Positions 27,429 through 39,630 of a DNA stretch of 64,000 nt are shown here, piece after piece. Source of the DNA: Azolla caroliniana (lineage: Eukaryota > Plantae > Polypodiophyta). The notes below the pieces were generated by a model that was not told the DNA's origin, searched no databases, and was given only the letters and a program-made list of their open reading frames with translations. Where the stretch lies: positions 1 through 64,000 of the forward strand of contig JBHGNT010000022.1 of assembly GCA_043228905.1 (NCBI GenBank). Direction: 5' to 3'. Both the position numbers and the translations under genes were made by a program. Position 1 is the first letter of the stretch. Each line of letters starts with the position of its first letter.

Positions 27429-29052
27429 CTTAGAGAGGAACCTAGTGTTAATTTGTTGGTTAGTCAAGTCTCACACCCTTAAGTTGGCAATGCATGTGGT
27501 AGGAATTATATATGTGTATGTGTATGTGTTTATTTGTGTCTACCTTCCTATCTAACTTTCTAGTATGATACTCAACTTTGGTCGCTAGGACCTTTGGTGT
27601 CTATACTCTCTCTATCTAACATTTTATTTTAGGTGTGCACAAACTATGCATATATAGATAGATAGATAGATGTATCGATGAATTCAAACAAGTATATCCA
27701 TTTTTCAGCATTTTAGAGCCACACATCTCGAAGGCTAGTAGAAACTAGAGGTTTTTTTTTTGAATAGTGTGTGCTTAGGGAAAACCAACATTTTGAATGC
27801 TCTTTCATGATCTAGAAAGTCATAAATTTGTATAACAAAAGACTGGATTCATTTGGAGATTTATATGCATCCAAATTGGTTTCAAATATTAGGAATCCCA
27901 ATGATAATCTCGGTTTGCAAGTATTTTGATTGGCTAGAAAAATGACTTGTTCTTCTTAACTTGCCCACACATTATGAGGCTAAAACATGTACTTAGAAAT
28001 CTAGACTTTTGCTCTTCAAATATCTAGAAATTCATACACATAAAAACAGGTTTACAATTGTGAATCCTAGCAAATATGTCGATTAGGAATTATTCTAATT
28101 GGTTGATGTTATGCATTCTTGTTAATTGTAGGGCCACACATTGTGAAAGGAAAACATAAATGTTGTTCAACTTGTATACGAGATACTTTGAAGAAGGCCT
28201 ATAAAAAACCAAAAGCTCGTAAATGAGGAAGTTTCTCTTTTCACCTAAAAAAGAGAGAGTAAATTGACAGCTTATATGGTCTTAAAATCATTTCTACTCA
28301 TAAAATTGAAGTTGGGTTTTTACATATTTAGGAACTTTTGATAGCATAAACCTACTAAAATCATTATGACATGAAAATCAATGCTAGACAATGCTTTTAC
28401 TATATCGTAAACTTGTAACATGAATCTATTTTCTCCATCGGGAAGTGTCATTGTTTTTCATTTACAATTTTCATGAAGCTGTTTCCACCTGATTTTGTGG
28501 AATCTATTTAGATGAGTGGTTCAACTTGATTGTAACCTCACCATATTATATGCTTATAGCTCAAATGGTCAGTGTAAAATCCTTACAATTTAATTAAATT
28601 GATAGGCTAGTGAAAGGGGTGGTTATACTTACTCAATGAATGTGTTTTGGAACCAGTTATATAGAAAGCAATAAAAAACATAGTAAAAGTAAAACTTGAG
28701 GAAAGTCCTTACATTTTACAAGACAGTGTGTTCACATTGTCTTTACGCAAAAGCCCAAAGGAAAACATGCTTGAGGGTAGGATGGTAAATTTTCAAAAAC
28801 AAACTTGACTCTTACGCTATTAAGGAACTCATCACAATATTAATTTCTTTTTCAGGGTTTCTTGGAGGTTGCCAGCCTTGCCTTTTTGTGTTTGTATTTG
28901 AAACAAGACTCACGTGCATACTCACATTTCACTTTCCGTCTACATATTTTGCATGTTAGGCTTACATCCACATTAATCACATACGTTTGCAAATGTCTTG
29001 ATTTTCACATTTCATGCTTGGTTGTAATCATTGAGCTTATATTTGTATTGCC

Positions 29053-29210
29053 TATTTCCAAAGAAGCCATTTGTATGTCATTTCAACATGCTCAATCAAA
29101 TATCTCTTTAAATGGCTAGTGTGCACCAAAAGTGTGATATTTCCAAAGAAGCCATGTGTATGTCTTTTCAACATGCTCAATAAAATATTTCCTTAACAGG
29201 CTAGTGTACA
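29053..29210. repeat. 85-bp-period imperfect tandem duplication
   Basis: TATTTCCAAAGAAGCCAT...CAACATGCTCAAT...GGCTAGTGT at 29053 and 29138. Confidence 0.8.
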
Positions 29211-30549
29211 GAACACCAAACCCCATCCTCATCCTCAAGACTTGAGAACACAATCTTAAGTTTGAAACAAACAACCATTGGTTCAAATTAAACACTTCTA
29301 TAAAGGTAACTTGATGAATGCATAGACAATATTTTGTGTTAATCTAATTCGTGGGGACCTGTCAAGTTCATATGCGACGTATATATCTATATGTTACTTG
29401 TAATTTGCTCTCCTATATACATAGTCTAAAAACATTTTCAACTTTTATCCTCCCATTGTTTTCACATTTCGTTCTCATCAGGTGACCATCACCAACAAGG
29501 AAAACAAGGCAATCCATGATAAAGCACAAAGTGACACAATATTGTTTGGTTACGAATATCTTTTAGAACTCATGTTGATTAAAAGTAAGCTTGATATGTT
29601 AATAGGAATATGACATATAATCCTCTTCGAACAATGTCGTTCCTCCCTATTGTAGAAATGAAAATTTAGGCAACTCATTTCTCATCAAAATCATCATTTT
29701 GGCTCAGACAAGCAAATTGTATCAAAATTCATTAAATCAATAGGGGGAAACCTAAAAGTGAGTTGAAAATCCACGAAGAGAACTTGTATGAGGAACATCC
29801 CAAAAGTCATTAGTCTAAATCAAAAAGTTCAAGTGTGCCCCAAGATCTACCTTGGTTTGAGCATCGTAATCTATAGATTGATTAGGGAAAGAGAGTTATA
29901 ATGAAATTTGAAGAAATGCAAGCAATTAAAGGGTTGTCTATAAATGCCACTCTTAAGTATTGAGCCTCTGATAAATTTAGACATGGGATCTCATTGGTTT
30001 TCAACTATGATGACATGATTGGGTTTGTAGAGAAAATAGCCAAAAGTATAAGATTTGCATAAAAAGCTAAGGAATGAAGCTCTTTTCGTAAGGATGTACG
30101 ATAATCAAGCATTAATATAATTAGTTGGAATGTTTAAATTAGAAATTATAGGTTGAAGATTCAAATGAATGAAAAATTATGACAAAATATTTGAATAGTT
30201 ATGATGGAAAAAGTTGCCTATATACATTGAATTAGACACTCATGTATGAATTATACGCAAGAGTGGAAAGAGACGAACATGTACCAAAGCACGAAAAATA
30301 TCGTCACTCCTCGAATGGGTATGAGATCAAGTCGAACAATCAATGGAGAAAGATAAACCCATTTCGGGGATTGATTTGAGCTTTCCCTTTGATGCGATAG
30401 AACAATTGGTAGATTTTGTCTACATCTCGTTCGAATTAGATTTATGCTTTGTATGAGACACTATAGTGTATATCCTCCACATATTCATAAGTGAGAGCTT
30501 ACCCTAGCATGTGGGCATATATGCAATTTCCGATTACAAAAGATAGATG

Positions 30550-30690
30550 ATATATGGATTACACAAGATTCTTGTGAAGTAGCATCATGTGAAACAATCA
30601 TGTGTAGCTCTAAAGATACTAGCTTGATTGAGCATGACCTCAAATACACGGGAATTATACAAGCTATTGATGAAGTGGATTTTTGAGTGA
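30550..30690 (+). mobile_element. Degenerate CACTA/En-Spm transposase fragment (DUF4216-like region)
   Basis: TQDSCEVASCETIMCSSKDTSLIEHDLKYTGIIQAIDEVDF resembles TQxSGV...SxKD...YYGxIxxIxELDY. A possible 3' TIR TTTCTTACTAGTG ends at 32661. Confidence 0.4.
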
Positions 30691-31237
30691 TTAAGCAAAT
30701 AATTACAATTCATGCAAAAAGACTCATTTTCTTTGTTTACTTCAACTCCCATAATTTTTTCTTTTTATGGTATATGTCATTGTCAAAGTAGATTGGTTCT
30801 AAGGGGAGTACAAAGGAATAACTTACATGAAGCTTTGGGTTTTTGTTCTGTGAACTAAGGAGCTATACATTTTCTTGGTCCACTACGACACTATCTTGGG
30901 AGAAATTGCATGATTCATCAAATAAATAGGGGCAGCTAACAATAGGGGGTCCCTAGGTGAAAGCAACTATTCATTGGTTTTAGGGGTTTAATTCCGCTAA
31001 GACTCATTTTTATTTTTAATAACTATATCTATAAACTAATGTCCAAACTATCAATTAAATACAAGTTCATTGTAATGGAGTTTCACTATAGATTGTATCT
31101 TGAACTACCCGGCCTATGTCGCACAATCTCAGTCATGAAGGTCTTTGCTCACCACCCGAACCTGAACTCTCATTGTAAACCCTTAATAATGTACTTTTTG
31201 TGATGAGGAAACAAGGCTCATTGTATTGTTGTATTTG

Positions 31238-31750
31238 TAGAATATTTTGGTGGTATTCGGCGAGATGATTGATGTGGACTTAACGAAACAATTTTCATTG
31301 TTTGGATAAGGACGAGTGATGATGGTGTGGAGGCCGAAGCATATTCTCATGAGAAGATGAGGAATTTAAACTCATTTTATTGTCTTTGTGCAGGAATTTG
31401 GTGGTAATCGGTGACATGGTTGATGTGGACTTGACGAAGCAATTTGTAGGTTTTCGATAAGGATGAGTGATGATGTTGTGGGGGCCAAAGCATAAGCTCA
31501 TGAGGAGAGGAGAAAATTGACTTAATGTGTTATTGTATGACAGGAAGTTGGTGGTAACCGGTGATGGTTAATGTGGAAAGAGGAAGCATATTTGTTGAGT
31601 TGACAGTATAATGTATTGGATCGCCTTCCAATTTGTGATGTATAGGAAGTTGGTGGTAACCGTCGAGATGGTTGATGTGGAAAGAGGAAGCATATTTGTT
31701 GAGTTGACAGTATAATGTATTGGATTGCCTTTAAATCTGTAATAGACAGG
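31238..31750. repeat. Degenerate tandem repeats (about 151-bp then about 102-bp units)
   Basis: Units start (C/T)AGGAA(G/T)TTGGTGGTAA at about 31391, 31541 and 31643, with a related start at about 31240. Confidence 0.75.
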
Positions 31751-32838
31751 CATGGGATACACTGTTATCTACCTTGAAAGTTTCTAGTAGCATTGGGGTT
31801 TTTTTGGATAAAGATTATGTTGTACAGGAGCAGGTTGAAAAGGCATTGAAAGTTTCATAACTATGACCTACGAGGACTTGTTTCCGAATATAAGTACTTT
31901 GGTTGTTGTCTATGGATATGATACCTTGCATTGTGTCTAAGGAATAACTTACAATTAGTGGATTGTTTTCTCTATTTTGGATTTGTTTCCTCAACCAATG
32001 TCTTTCACAAGACGGCCTGGGGGGGAAAAAACTTTGTATGTTGTAGCTGTTATGATCCTTTTTATACAACGAATGGAAGGATATTTGTTTTGGAAAAAAA
32101 AATGTACTTGTAATCTTCCTCTTCATCCCTACGTTACAAAACAAGGACATTTATGCAATTGTTTAAAACATATTAGAACATTTATAAGATGTCACAAACA
32201 TCTACATTTACTTCCAATGGGCATCCATTTGAGTGAGTTATGACTCCACATGGTCTTCTAACCTCTATTTGAACACAATCTCACCTCCTTGAAGAATCAC
32301 GTTGAACTTCTCAACAAGATTAAATTAAATCTTAAGAGAACCAACACATGATCATGTAGAAGAGGGAGGAGTGCCTATTGATTCCACACCTTGCCGATTT
32401 GAGGGCGTGAGAGCCATCAATTTGTTATGATTTGTGATATGCCTTTCATACGTCCTAACAAACAAAAACAAGGGAAATTATTGACCATTGTAATACCACT
32501 AAACTTTGTAACTTAAAATACAAACATTTCACCCCTCGTCTTCCGGTGTCAATCTAGTGCTATTAGGACATCGAAACCATAAAATGGAGCAATTAGAATT
32601 TAAGAATTAATGCACCTACTTAAAATTTGTGGACATGGAATTATGGGCTTTCTTACTAGTGTGTTAAGTGATAGGTTCTTGAGAGGTTCCCACAATCACA
32701 CTTTCAAAAGTTCTTGGTGAACGCGACGGTTCTGGTTATAGAGGCTAACGATATACTATCCTCATTGTAATTGAATGACACATTTTATAAGATCGTTGTA
32801 CTCCAATATTCTTAAAATGTCCATGTGTGTTTGAATAA

Positions 32839-33308
32839 TGTCAAATGTATACCCCAACACTATCATGGAGTTTTGTGTGCAGAGAACCACAATGTTGGGA
32901 ATCAAGATGGTTGATGGTAAATCCACAAATACAAGACCTATATTTACTTAAAATGTAGGATCCATGTGTATGTATGAATGTATAAAAATGTTTTAATAAA
33001 GGAATGTGTATGCACGTGTATGTGGTGCCCTTATCCCAACTACGACATAGTCCCAAAACTAAACTTGACTCACCCAACGACCCAAAAGGAGGTGTCATGC
33101 TGGGTTGGGACAACCCAATCCCAACGAGTAGTCTCAAGGGACCACCCAACTACTAGTTGCAACGACCATTTTAGGACTATATAATGAGGCTCACTCCTCA
33201 TTTGTAATCCATTCCTTCATTCACCAAAACCTTAGGAGTCTCTCTCTCTGTGTGTCTCCCTCTTGTTAATTTTAAATCCAAAGGGGAAGTTATTGTCTTA
33301 CGGTGACA
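32839..33308 (+). mobile_element. Probable solo LTR
   Basis: TGTCA...TGACA termini and an internal CTATATAA followed by a CT-rich tract. No clean TSD. Confidence 0.4.
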
Positions 33309-35020
33309 TGAATGCTTGTACAAGAAGTTTCCAACTCGATGCATAACAATCTTTCATGCCCCATATGTCAAGGATGCAAGAGGATACACAAAATTTGTAT
33401 CAATGTCACTCTTCTAGCAATGAAAAAGAATCAGACCAATTTGGGTAGTAACTCCTACAAATGTGCAATAGTACCAGATTGCTTATTACAAATGGTGTAT
33501 CCTATTGCCCAACACTAATGGTTTTACATGTAGAAAACACAATGGAAATAGTGTGATGATAGATTGACATATTCGCATTCGTGTGGTTTCCCATTCGAAT
33601 GCAAACAAATACGCATACAAATGCATGGTCAAGTATTCGTTTAACCCAAAAAAGAAGAAGAGAAAGTCCAAGAACTCCCTCCTTTTTTAGTTTACTAGGA
33701 TAAGAAAAAGGGACTTCACAATAAAAAGGGACATTAAAAGAGGGACTTGACACTAATAAATTTTTATAATAAATATAAAAGTATTCGTTTTATTTTTAAT
33801 AAATAAATAAAATAAAATAAAGCTTCATTAATTCCTTACTTTTTATTCTCTCAAAAATTATGGATATTTTTATTTTGACATTAAAAATTGGACTTTACAC
33901 TAATCATATTTCTATAATAAATATACAAATATTCGTTTAAAAAAATAATAATAAATTAAAATAAAGGTTCATAAACCTCCCCATTTTTTATTTGACACTA
34001 TAAAGGTGAGTTAATACGAATCATATGTTTATAATCTATTAATGAATGATTGTTCTTTTTTTAGTGAATTAAATTTATTTAAATAAAAAAATGAATTAAT
34101 TAATATTTTATATATTTATTTTGTAAAACGAATGGTTTTATAATATTCTTGGGGCCATTTTGTATTCTCGAATATTGAGGATATCATGCATGTGTCAATC
34201 TATGAGTGCGATTGACTATGTCCTACTTTCTGATGGTATTTCGGATCGTATACATGAATTCTCACTTGGTGAATGGACATTGGAATCCTATAATAGGACT
34301 GGAATGTATGCATAAGTTTGATTGTGAGAAGGTTATTGAAGATAATAAACTATCGCACTTGAGCATTCACCTTAAGCGAGCGCCCATGTATTCTAAGATG
34401 GTTGAGGATATATTACAAATGACAAAGATAAAACATGGTGCCATACTAGAATGCAAATAACACCAGATCATTTGTAACAGGTAATATGTCGCATTCTCTT
34501 TTTGACATCTCGGTGACAATGTTAAAAAATGCCGTATTTTAAGAGTCTTCCAAGAAGGTACGACACATGTGTACATGGTCTTCCAAGAAGGAACTATATG
34601 ATATCACGACCACAAAAACAACAGTCTCATATTGTCCCTACCAAATTATTTATCCAATTTTTACATAAGGTCTAGAAGTCCATGCAAGTATAATTGTACC
34701 ACCAATCATTTTACATTATATGAAAATCATACCCTACTAAATAATTGACTTTTGCTAATTGGTGTCTTCATTTTACATAATATAAAAATCATATCACACT
34801 AAATAAGTGCCTTCTGCTAATCACACCCCAGTAAATAAGTCCCTTTTGCTAATTTGGTCCGTATATTTATATATAAGACATCTTAAAGGAAATTGTGAGG
34901 GTTGCAACTACGAGATACAATTATGTCAAGAAAATTATTCCAGTCAATGACACATGACACATGACACTTTCAATTTGCAAAGAACCCATACACAGTAACG
35001 TGCCAATTATAACATATGTC

Positions 35021-35264
35021 AAAGTATAAATTTAGATTCAAGATTACCCCCAAACAAGAATGGAGGGAGACCAAAGGAAACATCAGTATACATACTAATT
35101 AAACTCAAACTTTAAGTTCATTAGCTGGATAATAACTTGCCAAATAATAGCAACTATCAAACTATAAATTTAGATTCACTAATACCCTGACAAACAAGAA
35201 TGGGGACCAAAGCCAACATGGACACATACTAATTAAACCCAAACTTTAAGTTCATTAGTCGGAC
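35021..35264. repeat. About 138-bp imperfect tandem duplication downstream of the MTase pseudogene
   Basis: TATAAATTTAGATTCA...CAAACAAGAATGG...CATACTAATTAAAC...AAACTTTAAGTTCATTAG occurs twice. Confidence 0.75.
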
Positions 35265-35423
35265 ACTGGTTTATACATAAACTCGACTAATATATTAAAG
35301 GAGACTTTTACAATTAGTCAATGCTCAAAAGTCATCTGCATTTATTAATCTAACAATAAATCCGGTAATGCAGGCTCTTCAAGATATGCTATTTGTTCAA
35401 GATTGCCCTCGTTGGCTTCTCAG

Positions 35424-35512
35424 TATGCTTATCAGAATCATGATTATGCTCATCAGAATCATGATTATGCTCATCAGAATCATGATTATGCTCATCAGAA
35501 TCATGATTATGT
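35424..35512. repeat. 21-bp tandem repeat x4 in the last exon (encodes EHNHDSD)
   Basis: TATGCTCATCAGAATCATGAT repeated four times. Confidence 0.95.
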
Positions 35513-37691
35513 TCAGACTCTGACACATCTTCTAAGTCTACAAGGTCCACTGCTTCATCTTCAATTGGTTCCATTGGTTATCTCGAAGTCATTTGGAACA
35601 TCTCTGTTTCATTTATATGGTTTGCCTTGACTTCTTGGTCTTGATGCGGAAAATCCTAGATACCTTGGATCCTCATTTTGATGAAGTTTACTTGCTCAGG
35701 GTTTCTCTTCCAAAGCAATGCAGTTCTTGAACATCTTTAATGCACATACTGTAGTTGTACCTAAAAGTTAAAAGAAATTGCACATGTTTAAATAATTTGA
35801 ATGATGCATTCTATGTTAATCCAAATTAATGATATAAGTCTTACATTAGATAATTGTGCTAGAGAATAAATCTAAAACCCAGTCATTTGGGTTAGAGAAT
35901 AGCTTGATCAGCTGATTGATTAGTCTTTGTGGTTTTTGGTAGGGGTTCACCAAACTCTTATTGCCAAATACATGGTGTAGCTTCTTTGTCACTACTGGGC
36001 ACATATATAGTTCACAACGTTTCTTTCATTTACATGTGCTCGAACATTCTTCTTTGTAATCGCATTGTAGTAGCCCACACAAAGATGTTCTATGGCACTG
36101 ACCATCCGATCTCCTGGACTATGGATGATATTCGTTTTAATCCTATTAACATCATACATTCATGTAAATAATAAACATTTTACAACATATAAAATTGTAA
36201 ATCAAAACAAATATAGCTTACCAATACATCTAGACTTCAACGCAGTTGTGACCAATAATGATTGCCCCATGTTGTGGAATATGACAATTTGATGGTGCAA
36301 GTCTTGGAACTTCATGTAGACTTTATGGCTACAAACAAAAAAATCACTGGTTAATCATTAAAACAATACAAGAAGCTAATCATTACAATAACCAATATGC
36401 TTACTTCTGAAACTCAATAACCATCTCTTCCAAGCTAAACTCCTTTGGCAGCTATTTGTGAAAGTACAAATATCAATAACGTGTCATCTTTAATGCCTTG
36501 TACAAACCGCCAAGTGAGCGCTTCATGTCTTCGGGGAGCTCGTCGATTATCAAATCACTTTTACGTGATCCACCTTAGCCGTCTTTGATCGTTGACCTTT
36601 CATCTCTTTCCACTCCCACACACTAAATATTTTATCTTGCAAGTCCCATACCTCCCCTACTCTAAAAGACAAATCATGTTTCCTCAATCCTTCTGACTTT
36701 GTGCTTTCATCTACAACTATCCCCACCTCCAATCAACATGTAGCCTTGGACTATATCTTTGTAATGCATTAAGATACTTGTGATGAAAGAATCTGATGTG
36801 TTGTATACAAGACATTTTTTGTCTATAATCGTTGTCGTTATTATGGTCCCATGCCAATAACTTTGCCTCTTCATGTGTTAGACCTGCGTACACCTTGCAA
36901 TCTGCGTACTTGAAAATTGGGGTCAGAGGATATTCTTTGACAAGTTGGCATCTAGCTTCTGCCAAATGAGATCCTCCTATGACATAGTATGTATGGTCAT
37001 CGACAAAATTGTACTTGAAATCTCTGGGAGTGGGACATTATTCAGGGTCGACCATCATTGGAAATGGTACAATTGTTGCATGGGCATTAATCTTCATTTT
37101 ACTTTTTAGGTTCTGCATGTGTACAAATTGGGGCTCTTGAATTCCTAGTGGACATCTTCCGGTCACGGGATCCACTTCAGGCCTTTGAATTGAACAAATT
37201 GGCAAGTGAAAAAACTGGCCTTTATGTACAAACTTTGTCTTGACAATGTTCTCCCTTATTTTATTTTGCTCCGAGGTGAGTATACATGATGAAATTTGTC
37301 CTCCTGAAGGAACAACTTCGAGTTGTTGCTCCTCATCCCCCTCTTTTGCAAACTCAACTACATCAAGTTCGTCGTCATTAGGTTGTGCTCTTTTCTTGTA
37401 CTTGTTCTTCTCTGGTTTGGACTTTTGAGATGTCTTTGGAGGCTTCTCTGCCTCTACAACCATTAGCTCCCCTGTAACGTAAGGACGAAGAGACACAATT
37501 ATATTATTATTTGATTGAATATCTTTATGTAATACTTTAGGAGTGCAACCATCTATCACTAGGTTTCCTTCATAAACTAAAACACATCTAGTACCCCTTG
37601 AGCTTTCTACATTAAGAGTAAGATTTGGGGAATCAGAATACTTTTACTCAATATTTTAGAGTTTTCCATAAGTGAAGGTCTTCCCTAACTC

Positions 37692-38167
37692 AAGTAATCC
37701 TTTCTTTGTTATGACCACATCCATTCATTCCATCGATCCCATAAGAAGAAATGGAATTCTACCTACATATCAATCAACCTATTACTGATTACAAGAACAT
37801 ATTCCAAACCCTGTTTTCAGATATGACTGTGCACTTCTTATCCTTTTTCTAATGCTTGCAAACTTCCACCTAATTTCAAATAAATATTCTTGAGATTTAG
37901 TGTGTCCTCGCCAAGTTCATGTTCTCATAACCATATCCAATGCAAAGAGACCATTGGCGGTAATCCATGCTTCATCGGCTTCACCACATTTTGCATATAG
38001 GTCGACCAACACATTTTGAATACATATCAACCAGTGCATTCCCAACAATGCAATCTATCTCAACCAATTCATCTCTCATTTTTGTAAAATAAGTGGATTG
38101 TAAATTGCAGTAGATATGCTTTTTAAAACTAATGGAAGGACATCTTGTTTAGAAAAAAGAAGAAGAA
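37692..38167 (+). mobile_element. 476-bp retroposed insertion containing scrambled PLS-class PPR fragments (PPR reads on the minus strand)
   Basis: Perfect 18-bp direct repeat GAAGGTCTTCCCTAACTC at 37674-37691 and 38168-38185, with an A-rich tail. Peptides IVGNALVDMYSKC, LVDLYAKCGEADEA and SLQALEKG*EVHSHI. Confidence 0.8.
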
Positions 38168-38599
38168 GAAGGTCTTCCCTAACTCTTGTTTGCCTTTTCT
38201 CGGCGACTTTGCAAAAATAAGTAAAAATACCCCATCTTCCTTTACATAAACCAAACTCGATTCTAGGTCTATGTAGTTTTTCACTTTAAGTTCGTAAGGA
38301 TTTTCTTCAAGTAACTTCATTGTATTCCCAACAAAAGACTTCGCGGTGCCATCACTGTCGAACTCGAAGAGCGTCCTTCAGGACTTATCTTTAATTGGGG
38401 ACTGTATCTTAAGCTTGAAAGCTGGGACTTTTTGTCGTGGCTCACTAAAAGAAAAGACAAAATTTAAAGAAAGTGCTTAAAGTAGAGAAAAATTGTATGT
38501 TTCTTTATAAAAATGCATCTTTAAGTGTCGAAAAGAAACAAAATATTGGGCTTAGTATTGGGTAAACCATGACAAAAAATGTCAGTTTTCTATGCTAAA

Positions 38600-39128
38600 A
38601 GGTATAGGTTTCAATGGGAATTCGATGCATTGCATCGAAATCCCGTTGAAACCTATGCCCTTCCACCACAATTTGATGCAGTGCATTGGATTTTGGTTGA
38701 AGGATTCAATCATGAACCACAATCGATGCACTACATCAGATTCCCATTGAAACCTACGCCTTTCAATGGGAATCTGATGCATTGCATCAGATTCCCATTG
38801 AAAGGCATAGGTTTCAACCAAACTGCAATGGAGAATTCGATGCATTGGATTGGATTCCCATTCAAGGCGAGGAAGCCTTCAACCACAATTCGATGGAGTG
38901 CATCGGATTGTGATTGAACACCAAGGACCTTCAACAAAAATTCGATGCAGTGCATCGATTTGTGGTTGAAGGAAGGAGTCTTCAACCAAAATCCGATGCA
39001 GTGCAACGAATTTTGGTTAAAGGCCAAGATTCCTTCAACCACAATCCGATGCAGTGCATTGGATTGTCGTTGAAGGCCTCTAGCCTTCAACCACAATCTG
39101 ATGAATTGCATTGGATTATGGTTGACAA
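38600..39128. repeat. Array of about 10 palindromic units (period about 51 bp), core GATGCA-N-TGCATC, in intron 1 of the MTase gene
   Basis: Centres at about 38630, 38681, 38731, 38782, 38845, 38898, 38950, 39001, 39054 and 39106. 38758-38806 is a perfect 24-1-24 palindrome. Confidence 0.93.
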
Positions 39129-39323
39129 TTTCAACTTAAAAGAGAAAGCATCTTAAAGGAATATTGGTTGAAAAATCTTACATGACAATGTTTTCCCCCT
39201 TGTTCATGATTGTTAACTTTCGATGATGTGTTCTAGATTGTTGAATTTGAGATTGCTTGAATGCTTGTGCTCCTAAGCTCTTAGCCTTCTTCAACGCGAT
39301 AATGAAAATGATGCAAATACTTT

Positions 39324-39333
39324 CTTTTATATA
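39324..39333 (-). promoter_or_regulatory. Putative TATA box of the ParB-MTase gene
   Basis: CTATATAAAAG on the minus strand, about 120 bp upstream of ATG 39207. Confidence 0.55.
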
Positions 39334-39630
39334 GTGTCTTCCAAAAAGAATGATTTTATTAAAAAATTTAAAAAATAATTAGAAAAAATTAAAAAAATAA
39401 TTAGAAAAAGTTAAAGTTTATTTAAAAAATAATTACTTAAAAAATGAAAACAAAATTCAGAATACATTGTGTATGTTTATATTCTTATTTCTCAACATGT
39501 TGTCTATTATCAAGATAATCTAGAGCTAAAATTGTCAACTTGAGCTAATCTAGCCAAGTGAAGATGTTGTCATCTTCGAGTAAAATATCTCTTTTTTCTA
39601 TGGACCCTTTGTTACTCAGTGGGACAAGTG

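Larger units (their letters stand above)
35389..39207 (-). pseudogene. Spliced ParB/Sulfiredoxin-like plus beta-class N4C/N6A DNA methyltransferase gene, pseudogenised. Exons about 39182-39207, 36405-38444, 36222-36328, 35855-36142 and 35389-35760.
   Basis: Exon 1 MNKGENIV AT|gtaag is phase-matched to ttttag|T GAG CCA. ParB-like YYVIGGSHLAEAR and LLAWDHN. MTase motifs WIKTN..RMVSAIEHL, VNPYQKPQRLINQLIKLFSNPNDWVLDLFS and GTTTVCALKMFKNCIALEE..FIKMRI. Multiple stops and frameshifts; no DPPY/SPPY motif visible. Confidence 0.8.

Noticed and set aside
27429-27467. N-terminal extension of the GDSL ORF
   Set aside because: TTG start. ATG 27428 directly precedes the signal peptide.
37692-37742. ATG 37742 as start of the ParB-like gene
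   Set aside because: It lies inside the TSD-flanked insertion; the real frame continues at 38185.
37800-38090. Functional PPR gene
   Set aside because: Only scrambled motif fragments with stops and frameshifts.
38443-38455. CACTAAAAGAAAA as a CACTA TIR with subterminal repeats
   Set aside because: On the minus strand it is a polypyrimidine-TAG acceptor in phase with exon 1 and the downstream ORF, and I found no matching second TIR. Not fully excluded.
38579-39156. Four repetitive ORFs, and a CRISPR-like look of the palindrome array
   Set aside because: The ORFs are by-products of the roughly 51-bp repeats. There are no unique spacers or cas genes, and the context is eukaryotic.
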